This document shows, piece after piece, positions 58,683 through 64,000 of a stretch of DNA of 64,000 nucleotides. Each line of letters starts with the position of its first letter. Position 1 is the first letter of the stretch. This stretch comes from Limnohabitans sp. (lineage in GTDB: Bacteria; Pseudomonadota; Gammaproteobacteria; Burkholderiales; Burkholderiaceae_C), in the NCBI GenBank assembly GCA_964203565.1, contig CAXNMP010000004.1:50413-114412 (forward strand), written 5' to 3'. The translations under genes were made by a program, and so were the position numbers. The notes under the pieces were generated by a model that saw nothing but the letters and a program-made list of their open reading frames with translations, was not told the origin of the DNA and did not search any database.

Positions 58683-58926
58683 ACTCCGACACTGTGCCAT
58701 TTTCCTTTTTAAAATCAAAAAATTAACGCATCACGTCGGGGTTAAAGTAGTATGGTTGTAGCATAGTCATCTTATATTAAAGATCTAATTTACAGATTGA
58801 ATTAGAACTTATAGGACAGCAAGCGTAAAGAGTCTTTACGCTTGTGTGTTTCGAAGCCCGGCAGCAAACTCCATAGAACTTTTCGCAACCAATTTATCCC
58901 GTAGCACCAACACCATGTTCAGAAGA

Positions 58927-60066
58927 CTACAGACGTTTTTTGTTGAGGTTACTAGTAAATAAACGCTTAACCCAAAAATAAACAACAAGGATTAGCGCCA
59001 GTAACGCCATAAATATTTCAGTCAACAACAAGCCGTCTTCATTTTTAATAAACGGAAAATTTTCAAAGTTCATACCAAAAAATCCAGTAATTAAATTAAG
59101 TGGCAAAAAGATAGCGGTCAATGCTGTCAATGTTTTCATCACATCATTGTTGCGATTGCTTTGAATATTGAAATGCATTTGAACTGCAGTTTCTGCACTT
59201 TGCTCGAGCCTGGTCACATGGTGCACGACCCTTTCAAGATGCTCAAGAACATCACGACTTCGAACTCTGACCAGTTCCAAATCTTTGTTCGACAGTGAAT
59301 CCGTTTCCAACCAAGAACCCAAAGCTTCAATCCAGTCCTGAATAGCTGCACGCTGGTCTTCGCATATTTCATCCAAATAGTGCAGTGTGATACGCGAGTC
59401 CAAAAGAGCACTCCAGTTATTGAAGCGGGCTTTTGGGTTGATTAATTCACTCTGCCAGTGATCCAGTTGATGGGTTAATTCTTTGCGCAAATCCAAGTAC
59501 CCATCTACAACCAACCCTATCATTCTTAACATCAAATCCACCGAATTATTGGGTAACCGACTGCTGGCATATGCTGCACTGGAGGCAGTTGCAGTACTGA
59601 GCAATCGACTCGCAAATAACTCACGCACTGCACAATCGGCTGGGTGGACAGAAATTGTCAGTCTATCGAAAATCAAAAAACTGATTGGGCTTGTATCAAT
59701 GCGCTTCAAGATGGGCGGACCGCCCTTTGAACTTGAAGCATGCATGATCTGACCGGGACTTGAGATATCAGATTCAGTACGACCTCTTGCTAAGCGTCTG
59801 AAGATGATGATGTCGTACTCAGATGTGTAATCGTAATGTGATGGTAACTGGTTGTTCAAGATATTGGAGACGTGCAAATCAAGCAATTGAATTTGATAAA
59901 GCTTGTCCAGCATGACTTGAATGTCATTCAGATGGACCTCGAATTCGCGCCTTGTGCAACTGAGCCAATGAAATCCCTGAGAAATCCGCCCTTGAATCAG
60001 GGATTCGTTTTCAGAAATTAAATTGTTATGAATGTATAAATTTCTCATTTGCAGTTTTCGACTCAT
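58927..60066 (-). CDS. CorA family magnesium transporter
   Basis: MKTLTALTAIFLPLNLITGFFGMNF (GMN signature), 2 C-terminal TM segments. Confidence 0.92.
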   Translation of the reverse strand: MSRKLQMRNLYIHNNLISENESLIQGRISQGFHWLSCTRREFEVHLNDIQVMLDKLYQIQLLDLHVSNILNNQLPSHYDYTSEYDIIIFRRLARGRTESDISSPGQIMHASSSKGGPPILKRIDTSPISFLIFDRLTISVHPADCAVRELFASRLLSTATASSAAYASSRLPNNSVDLMLRMIGLVVDGYLDLRKELTHQLDHWQSELINPKARFNNWSALLDSRITLHYLDEICEDQRAAIQDWIEALGSWLETDSLSNKDLELVRVRSRDVLEHLERVVHHVTRLEQSAETAVQMHFNIQSNRNNDVMKTLTALTAIFLPLNLITGFFGMNFENFPFIKNEDGLLLTEIFMALLALILVVYFWVKRLFTSNLNKKRL

Positions 60067-60193
60067 TAAGATTTAAAAAATGGAGCGACTCTAACTTCAG
60101 CGATTGGTAAGTCATATGTTGTTGCATTGGTCAGCAATGGTAGATAGTACTCACCGCGAACAAAGAAAAAAATAAGGACTAGGCTTCCTCAAA

Positions 60194-61009
60194 GTGAAAT
60201 TCATGACAGTGTCATTTGCAAAATACAAGATGGATCCAAAGCACTTCAAAAGCTCCATGAAAACTAAGTTGAAAAAAGTCTTGATTGTGGGCAGCGCGCC
60301 TGATGCGGTGAGAACTGCAGGTTGGGACACATCGTTTTTCGACCATATTATTGCCATCAACAACGCGTGGATGGCGTGCCCTTCTTGGAGTTGCTTGATC
60401 TTTCCCGATGACTTCCCAAAAGAGAGACGCCCCTGTACAGACTCTCTTAAAGGAAAACAAATTGTGACATCTTATGAATTTGTACCCATCCTAAATGAGT
60501 TTGGAGGATTTGTTTATGCAGGCGGAACAATGTCGTTTACGGCAGGCTATTGGGCATTGGGTGCACTGAAACCTGATGTCATAGCCTACATTGGATGCGA
60601 CATGGTTTACGACGCCAGGCCCGGACAGATAACGCATTTTTACGGTTGCGGTGTTGCCGACCCATTGCGAGAAGATGTCACACTGCAAAGCCTTGAAGCA
60701 AAATCCTTGCGCTTACAAGCCTTGGCCGAGAGAAATGGTTGTGCGGTGGTCAATTTGTCCAACCAACAAACCTCTCGACTTTTGCTACCACGCATTGAGC
60801 TGCAAATTCTCGAAGCGATGAAACAAAATTCACATACCACTGCCTTCAACCACATGGCTGTTCAGGAGGCGTTGGATACCGAGTCTGAACTGGGGTACTG
60901 GGTTGAATCTGGAAGGTATTGGGAAAAGTACGAGCAATTTGATAGCCATCAACTACAACAGATTGATGCACTTTGGCTGAGAACCATGTCGGAATCTGTT
61001 TGTAGCTGA
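60194..61009 (+). CDS. Hypothetical protein, possible Maf/GT29-like Rossmann fold
   Basis: VLIVGSAP, AINNAW, GGTM.FTAGYWAL, IAYIGCDM.Y; start uncertain. Confidence 0.6.
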   Translation: MKFMTVSFAKYKMDPKHFKSSMKTKLKKVLIVGSAPDAVRTAGWDTSFFDHIIAINNAWMACPSWSCLIFPDDFPKERRPCTDSLKGKQIVTSYEFVPILNEFGGFVYAGGTMSFTAGYWALGALKPDVIAYIGCDMVYDARPGQITHFYGCGVADPLREDVTLQSLEAKSLRLQALAERNGCAVVNLSNQQTSRLLLPRIELQILEAMKQNSHTTAFNHMAVQEALDTESELGYWVESGRYWEKYEQFDSHQLQQIDALWLRTMSESVCS

Positions 61010-61198
61010 TCTAGTTTTTGCACACACAAAGGCATGGCAGGGTAGTCGGAGTCACAGGATCATCGCTTTTAGGATTGAAAGAGTGATATCTAAACCTCAT
61101 CTCAAGGCGACTGCAAACATTACAAACTGTCAAATTTTATGGAGTTTTCACTATGCAATAGACTGCAAGCCATTGCCAATCCACTATAGGAGGTCACC

Positions 61199-61993
61199 AT
61201 GTGCAGATGGGTTGCTTACGCGGGTCCAGAAATTTACCTAGAAGACTTGGTATTTCATCAAGAGCACTCGATAGTGAGTCAAAGCCTTGCTGCTAACCAA
61301 TCTAGTTGGGTCACCAATGGCGATGGATTTGGTGTTGCTTGGTACACCCAGCGCACCACGCCTGGACTATTTAAAGATGTACTGCCAGCCTGGAACGATG
61401 CCAATCTTCGCTCGCTTGCAGCACATATTCGAACAAGTTTGTTTTTCGCTCATGTACGCGCTACCACTGGCACTGCGGTCAACAGAAGCAATTGCCATCC
61501 GTTTATTTGGCAAAACTGGACCTTCATGCACAACGGCAAGATTGGCAATTGGCATAACTGCCGCAAAGATGTAGAAGACTTAATTGACCATGTGCACTAC
61601 CCACACAGAGAAGGCACCACAGACAGTGAAGCTTTATTTTTAGTGGCACTTAGCAAAGGCCTAATTAATGATCCTATCTCTGCCCTGCAAGCAACGTTAC
61701 GTGATGTAACCAGCATCATGAAAAAACATAAATCAAATGATCCTATGCGGATCTCTTGCGCACTTACCAACGGCAAAGAAATGTGGGCATTTAGATATTC
61801 AAGTGACGATCAGTCACCAAGTATGTACTTTGGTTCCCCGCATACGCGAGCCAGCGAAGCAGGCTCCAACCCAATCACAACCATTGCATCGGAGCCATCA
61901 GATTCTGATGCTGGACACTGGTTCAAAGTTGAAGAACGTAATGGTATCCATTGGACAGAGCAAGGTTTACAGCATTTCAAAATAACTGTGTAA
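61199..61993 (+). CDS. Class II glutamine amidotransferase (YafJ/EgtC/DUG3-like)
   Basis: N-terminal MCR, NGDGFG.AWY, WND.NL, FAHVRA.TG, NCHPF, MHNG, GTTDSE. Confidence 0.9.
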   Translation: MCRWVAYAGPEIYLEDLVFHQEHSIVSQSLAANQSSWVTNGDGFGVAWYTQRTTPGLFKDVLPAWNDANLRSLAAHIRTSLFFAHVRATTGTAVNRSNCHPFIWQNWTFMHNGKIGNWHNCRKDVEDLIDHVHYPHREGTTDSEALFLVALSKGLINDPISALQATLRDVTSIMKKHKSNDPMRISCALTNGKEMWAFRYSSDDQSPSMYFGSPHTRASEAGSNPITTIASEPSDSDAGHWFKVEERNGIHWTEQGLQHFKITV

Positions 61994-62230
61994 CTTCTTA
62001 GAAGAAATGCTAAGTGCGACCCTTGCGGGAGTTGAAACCGCTTGGAATGAAATCCAAGCCTTTTCTCAAATCAATATTTTGGTTTTGGTCTTGCTCACAT
62101 ATTGTGAGCATATGAATTTTTGTAGCTAAATTCAATCAGGATTTCTACGCATCTATAAACAGCAATATCTAATTTTTTAAATCAAAAAAATTTGCTTCCT
62201 TGGGAAGCATATAAAAATACTTTAAAAAGT

Positions 62231-62273
62231 AAATCCTGAAAACCACCTAAGCAGTTGATAGTCTTCAGGATTT
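62231..62273 (-). terminator. Hairpin downstream of tRNA-Val
   Basis: AAATCCTGAA...TTCAGGATTT inverted repeat with an IHF-like TATCAACTGCTTA in the loop (minus strand). Confidence 0.6.
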
Positions 62274-62280
62274 TTTATAG

Positions 62281-62355
62281 TGGTGGGTCGTAGTGGGATC
62301 GAACCACTGGCTTCCACCGTGTGAAGGTGGCACTCTACCGCTGAGTTAACGACCC
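62281..62355 (-). tRNA. tRNA-Val(CAC)
   Basis: GGGTCGTTAACTCAGCGGTAGAGTGCCACC-TTCACAC-GGTGGAAGCCAGTGGTTCGATCCCACTACGACCCACCA; full cloverleaf, 75 nt. Confidence 0.96.
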
Positions 62356-62366
62356 AATGCTTAATT

Positions 62367-63071
62367 TTACACTGCAATAGTCCGCCACAAGGTTTTCCCA
62401 CTGCTGGCCTTGTCAATATCAGCAAGAAGCTGCTCATGCGCCAGCATTTCCTCGACTTCAGGCATGACGATGGAAAGAGGAAAGACTGATAAGTCAATTT
62501 TGATGTTGTTTCCAGCAGCATCTTGCGACTGGTTATCTCCCATGACCAAAGCATTTTGTCCACGCGTCAAAAAAATATAAACATCAGCCAGCAGTTCAGC
62601 ATCAAGCAAAGCGCCATGAAGTGTGCGGGCAGAATTATTGACACCCAATCGGTCGCACAGTGCATCTAAAGAATTCCGCTTGCCAGGATAGATTTCCTTG
62701 GCCATGGCCAAGGTATCCAGAATTTTTACGACATGGTTTTTCAAAGGCAAAGCGCCACAAGACGAAAGCTCTTTGTCAATAAACCCCACATCGAAAGAAG
62801 CGTTATGAATGATTAATTCAGCATCGCGGATGAACTCAAGAAACTCTTGAGAAATCTCAAAAAATTTAGGTTTGTCCAAAAGAAATTCATTGCTGATGCC
62901 GTGAACTTTGAGCGCATCTTCGTGGCTTTCACGTTCAGGGTTCAAGTAGTAGTGAAAGGTTCGACCCGTCAATTTTCGGTTAAGTAACTCTACACAACCT
63001 ATCTCGATGATCCTATCGCCGGCATCGGCAGAAAGTCCCGTTGTCTCTGTATCTAAAACAATTTGACGCAT
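62367..63071 (-). CDS. dnaQ: DNA polymerase III epsilon subunit
   Basis: MRQIVLDTETTG, IHNASFD.GF, NSLDALC, LHGALLDAELLADVY. Confidence 0.96.
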   Translation of the reverse strand: MRQIVLDTETTGLSADAGDRIIEIGCVELLNRKLTGRTFHYYLNPERESHEDALKVHGISNEFLLDKPKFFEISQEFLEFIRDAELIIHNASFDVGFIDKELSSCGALPLKNHVVKILDTLAMAKEIYPGKRNSLDALCDRLGVNNSARTLHGALLDAELLADVYIFLTRGQNALVMGDNQSQDAAGNNIKIDLSVFPLSIVMPEVEEMLAHEQLLADIDKASSGKTLWRTIAV

Positions 63072-63077
63072 GAGCAA

Positions 63078-63416
63078 TCAGTGATTCTCTTTGGCGTGAT
63101 TGATGGTGTAGCGCGGTATTTCAATGACCAAGCTTTGATTGCCTAATAAAGCTTGGCAAGCCAAGCGTGAGTTAGGCTCTAAACCCCAAGCGCGGTCCAA
63201 TAGATCGTCCTCTTCCTCACTTGCAGCATTAAGACTTGCCAAACCTTCCTTGACGATCACATGGCAGGTGGTACAGGCACAGCTCATGTCACATGCGTGT
63301 TCAATAGAAATGCCATTGTCTAGCAAGGCTTCGCAAATAGAAGTTCCACTGATGGCTTGAATTTCTCGGCCTTCTGGGCAGTATTCTGCGTGTGGGAGTA
63401 TTCGAATGATGGTCAT
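63078..63416 (-). CDS. fdx: ISC system 2Fe-2S ferredoxin
   Basis: IEHACDMSCACTTCHV, SRLACQA, TINHAKE. Confidence 0.96.
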   Translation of the reverse strand: MTIIRILPHAEYCPEGREIQAISGTSICEALLDNGISIEHACDMSCACTTCHVIVKEGLASLNAASEEEDDLLDRAWGLEPNSRLACQALLGNQSLVIEIPRYTINHAKENH

Positions 63417-64000
63417 TACAGCGATTCTATGGTTTTGCCAGATAAAGCCTGACGAATACTTTCATTCATTCGCAATGCTGCAAAAGCCTCGGTGCCTTTT
63501 GCCAGAGCTTCTGTCGCATTTTCAATGGCGATTGCATCATCCAAACTTTTGGCCTCTATGGCCAATGTCATCAACTGTTTGATGTTTTCAAGCTCTGCAG
63601 TTGTCAACAAATGGGCATCTTTGTTCAAGGCAGCATTTGTGGCCAAGCACATGCGATCCACTTCAAGACGAGACTCTGCCAATGACCTTGCCTGTTTATC
63701 AATCTCGGCCGTGTGAAAGCTGTCTTGCAGCATGGAGGTAATTTGTTCATCTGATAAGCCATAACTTGGCTTGACCTCAATTTGCGATTCAACACCACTG
63801 TTCATTTCTTTTGCTGCGACAGATAGAAGACCATCTGCATCCACAGTAAAAGTGACTCTGATTCGTGCAGTACCTGCGGCCATGGGTGGAATGCCACGCA
63901 ATTCAAAATGTGCAAGACTACGGCAATCTTTGACCAAGTCACGTTCACCTTGAACAATATGCAGAGCTAACGCGGTTTGTCCATCTTGGTAAGTGGTGAA
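63416..64000 (-). CDS. hscA: Fe-S chaperone HscA, C-terminal part (continues beyond the window)
   Basis: FTTYQDGQTA..HIVQGERDLV.DCRSLA.FELRGIPPM.AG.ARIRVTF.VDADGLL.V; upstream of fdx. Confidence 0.95.
   Translation of the reverse strand, partial: FTTYQDGQTALALHIVQGERDLVKDCRSLAHFELRGIPPMAAGTARIRVTFTVDADGLLSVAAKEMNSGVESQIEVKPSYGLSDEQITSMLQDSFHTAEIDKQARSLAESRLEVDRMCLATNAALNKDAHLLTTAELENIKQLMTLAIEAKSLDDAIAIENATEALAKGTEAFAALRMNESIRQALSGKTIESL

Larger units (their letters stand above)
58637..62355 (-). mobile_element. 3.6-kb integrase-less islet at tRNA-Val
   Basis: Bounded by the tRNA-Val gene and its 3'-half duplicate; IHF-like motifs near both ends (about 58713 and 62248-62260). Confidence 0.75.

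Noticed and set aside
1-64000. Prophage, IS transposase or integrase genes
   Set aside because: No ORF with recognisable tyrosine/serine recombinase, DDE transposase or phage structural motifs was found by eye; a remote homolog among the orphans cannot be excluded without HMM searches.

Overview
Bacterial chromosome segment whose gene and tRNA style suggests a betaproteobacterium (Comamonadaceae-like; inference). Only the right end (tRNA-Val(CAC), dnaQ, fdx, hscA; 62.3-64 kb) is clearly core genome. The rest is a long accessory region. It holds a CusA/CzcA-type efflux operon, a DUF1800/DUF1501 pair, a double-CHRD lipoprotein, a RelE-like/XRE toxin-antitoxin pair, BLUF, two photolyase/cryptochrome genes (one frameshifted), egtBD, an ars operon and many small secreted proteins. 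The most striking structure is non-coding. From about 6.1 to 28.3 kb there are seven same-orientation copies of an attachment-site-like element. Two full copies (about 11947-12415 and 21327-21722) carry the 3' half of tRNA-Asn starting at the anticodon loop. That core is flanked on both sides by TATTACACG direct-repeat pairs, with an IHF consensus, a 21-bp palindrome and 41-42-bp phased GAGTCGAAC...GTTCGAG units. Partial copies bracket single-function modules (TA; BLUF; yccA). No integrase is visible in the window, which suggests an integrase-less, tRNA-anchored cassette-stacking array mobilised in trans (hypothesis). A second integrase-less 3.6-kb islet sits at tRNA-Val. All product calls come from motif recognition by eye; no database searches were run.
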